Positions 11,244 through 22,992 of a DNA stretch of 64,000 nucleotides are shown in pieces (position 1 is the stretch's first letter; each line of letters begins with the position of its first letter). Made by a program: the position numbers and the translations under genes. Source of the DNA: Azolla caroliniana. Its lineage: Eukaryota > Plantae > Polypodiophyta. The stretch lies in contig JBHGNT010000022.1 of assembly GCA_043228905.1 (NCBI GenBank), positions 2,170,001-2,234,000 of the forward strand. The letters are read 5' to 3'. The notes beneath the pieces were generated by a model. That model was not told where the DNA came from, did no database searches, and was given only the letters and a program-made list of their open reading frames with translations.

Positions 11244-14200
11244 TATCATGAAGATTTTCGGCAACGGTGTGAAAATTGTGTGAAACGAATGAAATCGAGA
11301 AGGTGCAATTTGCACGTGTGAAAGGGGTGAAGGGCACACACATATGCTAGCATGTTGTAAATAGGACTGAAATGAGAATCGTAAAAGGAAAGCTAGATGT
11401 AAAGTTAAACATGTACACGTGTGATGTGCGCTCAATTGTAAATATAAAAATAAGACTAAAGCCTAATAACATTTAACTGCATACATAAAGGTGCAAGCAA
11501 GGCTTGAACATTGCACCTCCAAGATAGGAGACAAATTAATTTACCACTAAAGCCACTACTGAGTGCTTTAGAATTTGTACATTTTCTTTTCATATTCAGT
11601 ATTTTGTAGGAAGCAAACATATAGAAACCGTGGGCACAAAACCATGGTTTTAGCCCGTGGTTTTTGCATGGAGAGACCTATAAAAGCCTATAGTTGGGCT
11701 TGTGTAAGGGAGGCAAGTGATGTAAGTAAAAAAGAAACTTTTAATCAAAGATTTGGGTTATCCTAATGGTGACGTATCTTGTCTCGTAACACTAAATCCA
11801 AGGGTTCAATCTCTCTCTCTCTCTTCATTCATCTATCTATCTGCAATACTTTCTTGGTTACGCTATTAAAACATTGGTTCAATCTCTCTCTCTCTTCATC
11901 CATCTATCTATCTGCAATACTTTCTTGCTTACGTTGTTAAAACATCTAATCCTTCCTGTCCAGGAACCCGGTGGTTCTGCCTTATTTCACGAAAATGCGA
12001 GGATTTCCTCGACATCTTACTTGGTGAACCCGACGAGAAGAAGCGGTAGGAAGGATCAAGCTTGGAGATGGCATCCTCAAGAAATCAAGTGGGAGTGTTC
12101 GAAAGAATGATGATAACCTTCGAGCAAATGATGAGATCTCGGGACAATGATGCGAGCGTGGAGAAGGCCGTCAACCGTGTCGTGGAGGTCGAGGGTCAAT
12201 TTGATGGAAGGAACATTACGAAGTTCCTGGATGTATACAAAAGGGAGATGAATCAAAGGGACGTGTCTGAAGCACGTCAAATCTCGAGTTTCAAGCGAGT
12301 TGCCGCCAACAACGTCCAAAGGTGGGTCATCAAGCTCCAAGAAGGCAAGTCAACGTTGTCGGATTTCGAGAAAGGAATATTAGCGGAGTTCGCGACCGAG
12401 GATTTGTCGAGGATGACTCGACATATCTTGATGAAGTGGATAGAGAAGAAAAATAAGAAGATGAGTGCCTCAAGGGTGTATGACGAGTTCGACCAGATGT
12501 TTAGTCGTCTCCCCAATAGGGACCAAGTGCTGCTTGAGGAGGACAAGACTTTGTACTTCTTGAAAGCTGTGGACATGAAGGATAGATGAGAATTGGGGAC
12601 TCTTCTCGAAGATGATACCCAAGTGAACGAGCTTGTGGTGAACTGGGTTGCAGTGATGCGAGCATGCAACAAGATTGACAGGCATCATCAATGGCTTGAT
12701 AACATTGACTTGATAACGCCGAGCGTGGGGAAAACAAAACCATCTAAAGAAGTCGAGACGCCTAAACAACGCATCCTACACGAAAAGAAGATGTCTCGAG
12801 GACGGCGAAGGCCATTTCAGAGGACAAATGTTTCGGAACACACGTTGTGTTCGAAACAATGGATGATGAAGGAGCAAGCCTAATCGAAGCTTGCATCAAG
12901 GGAGATAAAGATTGTGAGATCGACGTGATGGAGGAGATAGCCACCAAAAATGACATCGAGTTAGAGGTGGCTATGGACGAATTAATGACACATGGCTGCA
13001 TCGAGGATTCCTTCACACATGTTCCGGAGACTTGCGCAATTGCCGAAAGCCAACATGAGACCCAAGAGATGGAAGGTGGTAGTAAGGGGAGGGACCAAGA
13101 CAGAGTGCACAACAAAGAGGCCGAGCCAAGCACAGAAAGGGATGACAATGGCCAAGTGGGCCATGTGGATCCGAAGGATGTGGTGTCGACATCTATTGTA
13201 GAGGACAATGGATGCGAAGCCTATGTAACGGTTGATGAGGAAGTCCCAAACGACAAGGTCAAGGAGGTGGGAGAGAACATCACAAGAAGGATAGACAATG
13301 ACGACAGGCAAATTTTCTCCACGCTTGTTCTAGAGACTTGGGCAGTTGCGTCCGAGAACCGATGTAAGACCCAAGAGACAGGAGGTGATGGCAAAGAACC
13401 GAATGATGAAGCTAATACATGCGACGAAGAGAGAAGCATAATAAAGGCTTGCTCAATAAAAAGGATCAATGGGTACGTGGCCCATTAGTTTGAAGATAGC
13501 TATGGAAAATGATGTCAAGGCAAAGATGTTGAATGGCCATGAAGAGCCTTTCCCTGCACTAGTTCTAGAGACTTGGGCATTAACCGATGTAAGGCCCAAG
13601 AGACGGAAGCTAGTGGCGAGGAAGCAAAGGTTAATGCTAATTCGAACAACTTTAAGATGGAAATGGCTAAGTGTTGCACGAAAAAGGCGGACGATGGAAA
13701 TGTATGGGACCCTTCCACACTCATTTTGGAGACTTGGGCATTAACCGGTGTAAGACAGAAGAGAAGGACAGTGACGGAGAAGAAGCAAGGGTTGAAGCTG
13801 ATGTGTGGGAGCAAGAGGTCAAGCAAAGCATAAAGACAAAAGTTGATGCGTGCAACAAAGAGTCTGAGCAAAGTATGAAAAGGGATGGTGATGACCAAGC
13901 CAACCATGAGGATTCAAAGGATGTGATGAAAGCATCTAATGGAGACATTAGTGTGAAGATTGTCAATTCTAACATGAGATTGTACCATGAATATGGACAA
14001 AGTGAGAAACATAGAGCATGGTTGCGTAAGGATCTCGAAGTGGGCATGCACTTGAAGGTACTGAATGGGGTAGTCAATATCATTATTCAGATAAAGGCTT
14101 AGGGAGAAATACACAAAACAAAAATGTGTGACGGGTCAAAGTGCCTTGAGCAAAGAGACGATCGGGACAAAGGTGGAACATGCATAAAGCCAAAACGGAT

Positions 14201-14984
14201 ATGCTCGAAAGAAGAACAAGAGACCATGACAACTGGCCATGGTAAAGTAAAGAATGAGCGAATGATATGGTGGATTGGGTGGCGACAATGGTTTGAGTGA
14301 AAGGAATAGACATGCTCAAAATAGAGGAATCGTACTAATCACTGTAGCCCAAATCTCACTCTCTCTCTTCTTGGCAAGTACCAGAGGACGCGCGGTTTGG
14401 TGGGGGTGGATGTTGTGAAGATTTTCGGCAATGGTGTGAAAATTGTGTGCAATGAATGAAATCAAGAAGGTGCCAATGTGCACGTGTGAAAGGGGTGAAG
14501 GCCACACACATATGCTAGCATGTTGTAAATAGGATTGGAATGAGAATTGTAAAAGGAAAGCTAGATGTAAAGTTAAACATGTGCACGTGTGATGTGCGCT
14601 CAATTGTAAATATAAAAATAAGACTAAAGCCTAGTAACATTTAAGTGCAGACATAAGGGTGCAAGGAAGGATTGAACCTTGCACCTCCAAAATAGGAGAC
14701 AAATTAACTTACCACTAAAGCCACTACTGAGTGCTTTAGAATTTGTACATTTTCTTTTCATATTCAGTATTTTGTAGGAAGCAAACATATAGAAACTGTG
14801 AGCACAAAACCATGGTTTTAGCCCGTGGTTTTTGCATTGAGAGACCTATAAAAGCCTATAGTTGATGTAAGTAAAAAAGAAACTTTTAATCAAAGATTTG
14901 AGTTATCCTAATGGTGATGTATCTTGTCTCATAAAACTAAAGTGAAGGGTTCAATCGCTCTCTCTCTTCATCCATCTATCTATC
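11244..14984 (+). mobile_element. Non-autonomous tRNA-Trp-primed gypsy-derived element (third LTR subfamily) inserted in the copia 5' LTR
   Basis: 5' LTR 11244-12014 ending CTCGACA. PBS TGGTGAACCCGACG at 12022. Gag N-terminal ORF 12062-12589 is homologous to 30178-30555. Acidic STLVLETWA repeats at 12847-14100. PPT GGTTTGGTGGGGGTGGA, then 3' LTR from 14411, truncated at about 14984. Confidence 0.87.
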
Positions 14985-16090
14985 TTTTATAGAGTGATAC
15001 AATGTGTTATTTTTTAATAGAGTTTATGTTTTGCTCTCTTTGTCTCTCCCGTGTATGCTAAATACTCTCAATCTTCCATTGAACCTGTGTTTTTATTCTT
15101 TGTTGTTGCCCGGCTAAACTGGTTTTGTCAAGCTTCCGCACGCTAACATTTACATGGTATCAGAGTGCAAGGGTTGAGACTCCTCTGCAGCTGATAGACG
15201 CTTCCGAAGACAAATACTAACAACTGGTGAAGAACAGTAGAGAACCGAAATGAACAGAGGTATGGCAAGTTCGCTTCCCATAGAAAAGCTCGACTGGAGA
15301 AACTATGCATCCTGGTCATATAAAATGCACCAGTACTTGTTGGGGCATGGATATTGGAGCTATGTGGAAGGAACCAACGAGGTAGCAACGGAGCCGGTAG
15401 ACAAAGACTTCCCGGCATGGGACCAAGGACCGAGCCGAGTATTGTATTGCCTCCTGTCTGGTGTACAAGATTAGATGCTCAGCTACATCAAGGATGCAAA
15501 AACGCCAAAGGAGGCCTGGGAAAATCTATGGAAAATTTTCGCCGCAAGTACCATAGCCTGTAAGTTGCAGTTCTGGCAAGAGCTGAACAACATCCAGTAG
15601 AGAGATATGTCGGTTACGGACTACACCACCAAGATTAAGGAGATTTGCGATGCACTCGGATCCATCAACGTAACGGTGGAAGAAGACGAGATGGTCCATA
15701 TCTGTCTTGGTGGTGTTGCACAACGGTACGAGCCAATCCAGACGGCAATTTGCACCTAGGAGAAGCCACCATCCTTCTTCGACTTACAACCAATGTTGAT
15801 GGTCGAAGGAAACCACGCAAGCGGGTCGAGGACCACTTAATCGGACAGTCGGATGTTGTACACAGAGGTGGATCGGCCCCGTGGGCATGTAGAACGAGGT
15901 GGGTTGGCATGTTATGGAGTCGGCTGACAAGAGCAGAACCAAAGGCACAAAGATAGTGCCGATAGCAGTTCCGGACCCTCCACAAGCAGGTGGAGTCAAG
16001 TTGGAGCCGGAAACCCATAGTCAAAAACCGACACAGAATGCTGATATTGTGGCAAGAAAGGCCACATAGAGAGCGAGTGCTGGAAGAAGC

Positions 16091-18362
16091 GTGCCGATTT
16101 GGATAAATCCAGATCCAGCAAGGCCGGACAAGGGTACTGACAAAGCTCGCACTACGCTAAAGGATAAGAAGGATCCAGAATCGGGAAAACCAGAAAAGGG
16201 CTAGCCTTCGTGATGAAGCACAAGGCGAACTCGATGAAGAAGACCACTTCTGGATCAGAGGAAGTATGATATGTTGATTCCGGGGCGTCAAACCACATGA
16301 AGAGCCATGAAGAGTGGTTCTCATTTCTGGAGAAACCGGAACAATAGGGAATCTTTGAAACCAAAGACGACACTCACCCGATTGTGCATGTCGAAGAAGT
16401 CCCTTTAAGCCATGTCGGACAGAAGGGAAAGTTGATGAACATATTACACGTTCCGACTATCACAAAGAACCTGGTATCGGTTGGACAAATCATCGACCAG
16501 GAAATGCAGGCGCGATTTACGCACCTCAGGTGCTTCATCGAGGAAGAAGGCCGGATAATTGTGCAAGGGCACAGAGAAGGGATGATTTTCATCCTCAACA
16601 CTAATGACGTCGGCACCGCCATGTTTGCCAAAGGACAAAAGATTGAATCGGACATTGGTCTCTGGCACAAGTGGATCAACCACGTCAATTACCGGAGGCT
16701 TTAGAACCTGCAATCGAAACAAGTTGTGTTCGGTGTGCCGAAATTCAGTGGCCGGAAGACCCAAGTTTGTGAAGCCTGCCAACTCGGGAAGTAACACCGA
16801 ATTCCATTCGCCACCGAACGAAACTAGAGCCGTAATAAACTCAATTTAATCCATTCGGATGTATGGGAACCAGAACAAAACGTAAGTCTTGGCGGGAGTC
16901 GGTATTTTGTCTCCTTCATCGACGACTACATCCGACACACATGGGTTTACCTCATCGAGAAGAAAAGCGAAGTCTTCGACTGTTTCCGGAACCATCAAAG
17001 TTTAGTTGAAAGATAAACAGACAGGGAGATCAAGTGCTTGCAGTCAGATGGTGGAAAAGAATATTTTTCCGGCCAATTCATCGGTTATCTGCGACAAAAG
17101 GGAATTCGGAGAGAATTCAACTGTAGATACACACCAGATCAAAACAGTGTGGCCGAAAGGAAGAACTGGTCGATTGTCGACGTGGAAAGGGAAATGTTGT
17201 AGGAGAAGAGCATGCCCCAATTCTAAAACGTGCCGATACGGATAAATCCGGATCTGGCAAGGCTGGAAAAGAGAACTAGAAAAGCTCACACTACGCTGAA
17301 GGATCAAAAGGATCCGGAACCAGAAGAACCGGAAAGGGGCCAACCTTCATGATGAAGCACAAGGCGAACTCGATGAAGAAGATCACTTCTGGATCAGAGG
17401 AAGTATGGTATGTTGATTCCGGAGTGTCAAACCACATGATGAGCCACGAAGAGTGGTTCTCATTTCAAGAGAAACCGGAATAACGGGGAATCGTCAAAAC
17501 CAGAGAAGACACTCCTAACCCGATTGTGCATGTCGAAGAAGTCCCTTTAAGCCATCTTGGACAAAAGGGAAAGTTGATGAACGTACTTCACATTTTGACA
17601 ATCATAAAGAACCTGGTGTTGGTCAGATAAATCGTCGACTAGGGAATGCAAGTGTGGTTTACGCAGCTCGGGTGCCTCATTCAAGAAAAAGGCCGGATAA
17701 TTACGCAAGGGTGCAAAGAAAGGAGGATGTTCATCCTGAACACAAATGACATCAGCACCGCCATGTTTGCCAAAGGACAGAAGATTGAATCAGACATCAA
17801 ATCTCTGACATAAGCGGATCAGGCACGTCAACTACCGGAGGCTTGAAGATCTGCAATCAAAATAAGTTGTGTTCAAATTGCCGAAGTTTAGTGGCCGGAA
17901 GGCCCAAATATGTGAAGCCTGCCAACTCGGGAGGCAACAACAACTTCCATTCCCCATCGAATGAAACCAGAGCCGTAATAAGCGCGACTTCATCCATTCG
18001 GATGTATGGGAACCGACACAAAACGTTAGTCTTGGCGGGAGTCGGTATTTCGTCTCCTTCATCGACAACTATAGCCGGCACATGTGGATCTACCTCATGG
18101 AGAAGAAAAGTGAAGTCTTCGACTGTTTCCGGAACCTCCAAATCTTAGTCGAAAGGGAAATGGTGAGGAAGATAAAGTGCCTACTGTCGAATGGCAGAAA
18201 AGAATACTTGTCCAACCAATTCAACAGTTATCTGCATCAAAAAGGAATTTGGAGAGAATTGAGTTGTCGATATACTCCGGAACAAAACGGTGTGGCCAAA
18301 ATAAAGAACCGGTCGATTGTCAATGCGGCAAGGAAAATGCTGGAGGAGGAGAGCATGCCCAA
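16091..18362 (+). repeat. Old internal tandem duplication (about 1.14 kb) of the copia PR-INT region
   Basis: 16091-17225 and 17230-18362 both run from GTGCCGAT..GGATAAATCC through FVMKHKAN, WYVDSG and the INT core to EKSMP/EESMP; the copies are clearly diverged. Confidence 0.85.
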
Positions 18363-18983
18363 ATTCTATTGGGCTGAGGCGGTCTGGACAACCAACCGTC
18401 TATATCCAAAACCGGAACGGGGACAAGGTGTCAGCACATGAGCTGTATATCGGGCGGAAGCCGAATTTGAGACACCTTCGGATATTCGGTAGCATAGCAT
18501 ATGTGCATTTACCGGAATGAGAAGCAAAGGAAGCTAGATCCGAAATCGGAGAAGTGCATACTCGTTGGCTGCTCGCATGAACAAAAGGAGTATAAGTGAT
18601 ATAAACCCCGGACTAAACAGCTACCACTAAGTCGAGATGTCGAGTTTGATGAGTTGGCATAATGGTACTCCCTACCGACTCCAACTCCCGACGAAGACCC
18701 AATTCTGGAGGATGAGGCTAGTGAACCCGGAGAGGTTCCAGAAGAAGTTGAAGGTGTCAATACTCAAGATGAGAGTCTTATCTCATTTTGGCTAAGTGGG
18801 CCGTATGAACGGCTAAGTCGGGATGACGAGTCAGATGAAGAACCGGCAAGTAGTGGACACTCTATCGTGCTCTCCCCGTGCAAGGAATCGAGTATGATCC
18901 ACCCCCCAATTTCCAATTGGAAATGAACAAGTCGGTAGTGCGCCGACTCAAGAAGGCGCTTTACGGTCTGAAGTAGGCCCCCC

Positions 18984-19679
18984 GAGCGTGGAATGTGAAG
19001 ATCATGCACCGATTGCGTAAGATGGGGTTTGCGGCCTCAAAGTCCAACTCATCACGGTTCATCCGGATAGGTTCGAATGGTTTGGTTTTGTGAAGAAAAA
19101 TAGCGCAGAATATTGCTCGACCACAATGGAGTCTTAGATCACTACTTTGAAAATCAAACACAGAAATGGGAATAGAGATGAATACTCGTACACCAAAGGA
19201 GAGTACATAGTATGTGAGCGTGGAATGCGAAGATCATGCACCGATTGCGTAAGATGGGGTTTGCGGCCTCAAAGTCCAATTCATCACGGTTCATCCGGAT
19301 AGGTCTGAATGGTTTGGTTTTGTGAAGAAAAATAGCGCGGAATATTGCTCGACCACAATGGAGTCTTAGATCACTACTTTGAAAATCAAACACAGAAATG
19401 GGAATAGAGATGAATACTCGTACACCAAAGGAAAGTACACAGTATGTGAGCGTGGAATGCGAAGATCATGCACCGATTGCATAAGATGGGGTTTCCGGCC
19501 TCAAAGTCCAACTCATCACGGTTCATCCGGATAGGTCCGAATGGTTTGGTTTTGTGAAGAAAAATAGCGCGGAATATTGCTCGGCCACAATGGAGTCTTA
19601 GATCACTACTTTGAAAATCAAACACAGAAATGGGAATAGAGATGAATACTCGTACACCAAATGAAAGTACACAGTATGT
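18984..19679 (+). repeat. 3 x 232-bp tandem repeat spanning a copia RT / solo-LTR junction
   Basis: GAGCGTGGAATG recurs at 18984, 19216 and 19448; three near-identical antisense ORFs begin MFDFQSSDLRLHCGRAIF. Confidence 0.95.
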
Positions 19680-20077
19680 TTACATGGAAAACCCTAATAG
19701 GGAAAAACCACGGGAGCCCACATACTCCAAGTTATCACTATATATAGGAAAGATACAATCAGAGACTCGGAGGCAATGACCTCGTGCTTTGTTTCTTCAC
19801 CAAGCAGCGGTTACCACAGAGTATCGCTCTGTGTCTCTCTCTCACACACATTCTCTCTCTCTATACAATAGTTATACACATACAACAATATGACAATGAC
19901 ATCATAAAGTGATTGCCCTAAGTCATATTTATACTTATATGAACTTAGGGCTATTTACAAATATAGCCTCAATAGGCTTACTCAAAACATATTTACAAAT
20001 ATGTCTTCTCTTCTAGTTGTCACCGGGTCCTCTTCATTCATAACCGGATCCCATCTGGAGGGACCGACTTCCCAACA
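19553..20077. mobile_element. Solo LTR inserted in copia RT, TSD GGTTT
   Basis: TGTGAAG...CCCAACA flanked by GGTTT on both sides; copia RT resumes at 20078 (VCILLYVDD). Confidence 0.85.
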
Positions 20078-22992
20078 GGTTTGTATCCTACTATATGTAG
20101 ATGATTGGGTCATCACCGGACCCGGACTCGATGAAATCGACTGAGTGAAGTCCCACCTGTCGGACGCATTTGAAATGAAGGACCTGGGGGACCTTCATTA
20201 TTTTCTTGGGGTTGAGGTGATCTAGACCCCTGATGGCATATTGCTCTCACAACACACTTATGTGTTGAATATGATGTACAAGTTCGGCATGACGGAATGT
20301 CGACTGATCTCCACACCCCTGGATCGGAACTTGAAGCAACGTCTGCGATGAGAAACGGTTCCGAAAAATTGTCGGAAGCCTTATATACTTGACGATCACC
20401 CAACCCAACATCAGTTATCCAATCGAGGTGATAAGCCAGTTTATGTAGAAGCCGACCGAGGAGCACCTTCAATGCATGCATCGACTGTTATACTGACATC
20501 GTGTAGCTGGGAAGCTAGTCGGATATACCAATGCCGATTAGGATGGTGATGCATTGGATCACCGATCCACCTCTGGATATATGTTTTCTCTTGGTAGCGC
20601 GGTTGTTGCATGGAGCACCAAAAAGCAGCCAACAGTGGCTCTATCGAGCATTGAGGCTGAGTATCGGGGCGCTACCATTGCCACTTGTGAAGTCATTTGT
20701 CTTCGGTGACTAATGCGAAACCTCCAGATTGAGGTGCCAACCCCGATCCTAATCTATTATGACAACGTAAGTAGCATACAGCTTGCCAAGAACCCTATAT
20801 TCCATGCTCGAACAAAGCTCATAGAAGTACATTATCACTTTGTTCGTTAGCGGGTCTGAGCGTTGAAGTTGAACTTCGGTATGTTCACATGAATGGGCAG
20901 GTTGCCGACATCTTCACTAAGTGGCTCGAATCGGACAAGTTGCAACATTTTTCGGAGATACTTGGCATTCAACATCTCGATGTGACGCACTTGAGGGGGA
21001 GAACAGGAACGAGAACGGATGGCACCGGAAAAGGAGTGGGAGAGGAAGATAGAACCAAGGGGGGAGATGAGTAGACAAAGGAAGCCGAGTTGACCGAAGG
21101 AGACAGCACATCCGAACAAGTCGGACCAAGTGGCAGCAATGGCAGAGTGAAGAAGGATAGAGCCGACTGGTAGAAGGCCAAGACCCGGACATCATCCGAT
21201 GTGGTCAAGAGCCTAAAAATGGAAGACGAGTTGGAGACTACTAACTCGGACAAGAGCTGGAACGAATCGTAAGAAGCCGATTCGGTTAAATAGTTGGATT
21301 CGGAAGAGTTGGATCAACTAAAGGCCAAGTGGACGAGAAGCCTACGGAAGTCGACACCGATACGGAGGAACTGATGGGTCGACAAGCAACAGAGTCATAG
21401 CAGCGAAGGAGCCGAGATGGGCTTGCTGAGCAGAAACGCCGACCAAGGAGGTCAAGGTGCGCAAAAACGGACGAGGAGCGCGAGTTGAAAGGGCCAACTA
21501 CCGCAAACACTGACACCACAATCCAACCTCAAGTTGAGCTTGAGGGGGAGTGTTGAGCAAGCAAGCTCAACTGTATCCAGATTGGCTGAACAAGCCAGAG
21601 CTGGATCAGTGCCCAGATGGTATCCGGAACCAGGAGCCGGATCGGAGAGCCGGATTCAAATGTGAACCGGAAGGCTAGTAGTAGCCTATACTCCTAGACT
21701 ACTAGGTAGTTAGAGTCCTTGTCGTTAGTGTCATCCGCTCATATGAGCATTGAAGTACATAGTACTTATGTCAGTCCTTTTGAGGACTTGTATAAATAGT
21801 GTTGTTTAGCATGTTGTATGGGCAAAGTTTTATAAAGTAATACAGTGTGTTATTTTTTAATAGAGTTTGTGTTCTACTCTCTCTGTCTCTCCCGTGTATG
21901 CTAAATGCTCTCAAGCTTCCATTGAACCTGTGTTTTTATTCTCTGTTGTTGCCCGACTAAACCGGTTTTGTCAACCTTCCGCACACTAACTTTTACATAA
22001 CATAACACTAGTACTGAGTGTGTTACAAGTTAGAGGTTCGAGTCTAGAATGTGTCAATGAATAACGGTTGCGCAAAAGAGTTTGTTGAGACCCTGGTAGT
22101 CTACACATAAGCATAGAAGTCGTCCTTCTTTTTGACGAATTATATGGGGGCACTGGCAGGTCACTTAGAGGTTGAATAAATCCTCTCTTGAAGTTCTCAT
22201 CAAGATACACTTGAAGGGTCTTTAGCTTTGGTGCAAACAACGCATATAACAAACAAAAGGGTGGTCACGCGCCTTCCTGAATATCGATCGAGAAATCGTA
22301 GAGCCAGTTTTTGGGCAAACTATCTACATTACGTTTCTCAAATACATCGGAGAATTCTTTATACTTGTTAATTGTAATCTAGGTGAACACTGTACATATC
22401 TATACAAGTTCTGAGATTGAATATCTCTAAAACATACCCATCTAGAATATACCATAGAATATTTGTAGAATATATTAAAGACTAGAATATTGTCGAATGT
22501 ACTATATGTTAGACTATACAATATTTAACCATATACAATTGTATGCATCACTTAAGAGTTTCCATATGGTTTATATAATACTATGTATTGGGTGTGTTAC
22601 AAGTCAGAGGTTCGAGTCTAGAATATGAAACTTAGTTGATAGTGAGAAATTATTTAGTTAGTTTCCAAATATAACCTCACAAAACAACTTATGTTTCATG
22701 TTAGTTGCAATTCACAAAAGACACCTAATGTTTCCCTCTATTTCCTTTACAATATTAAGAGGAAGTTAGGGAACTTGAAGGGAGAAGCTCTGCTCTCCAC
22801 ATCCTTGCATCACTTCATTGTTATTATTAAGTTTTAGTAATTGTTCACAAGCTTGCTAGATCTAATATATCAAGTTCCTCATTGCTATTTCTTGTTCTTT
22901 AACTCCCAATTGCTATTATCTTGTACCTTGTGTCATAATCATTACATGGTATCAGAGTCGAGGTTGTACGAAACCTGAGAATATATATATAT

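Larger units (their letters stand above)
10994..21997 (+). mobile_element. Full-length decayed Ty1/copia element (tRNA-iMet-primed), TSD TAACA
   Basis: 5' LTR 10994-15154 (interrupted by 11244-14984). PBS TGGTATCAGAG at 15155. Gag from 15250, then PR, INT, RT (LLYVDD at about 20090) and RH remnants. PPT TTGAGGGGGAG, 3' LTR 21551-21997. TAACA on both flanks. Confidence 0.93.
10796..22625 (-). mobile_element. Small deleted chromovirus-like (Tcn1/Tf-type) gypsy remnant; one terminal repeat is split by copia insertions (10796-10993 + about 22003-22056), the other is at about 22372-22625
   Basis: 10796-10990 matches 22381-22580. Both copies end ...GTGTTACAAGTYAGAGGTTCGAGTCTAGAAT. Between them, on the minus strand, is a degenerate RT N-terminus (KYKEFSDVFEK..YDFSIDIQEG..LKTLQVYLDENFKRGFIQP..RNRYSL). 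Confidence 0.65.
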
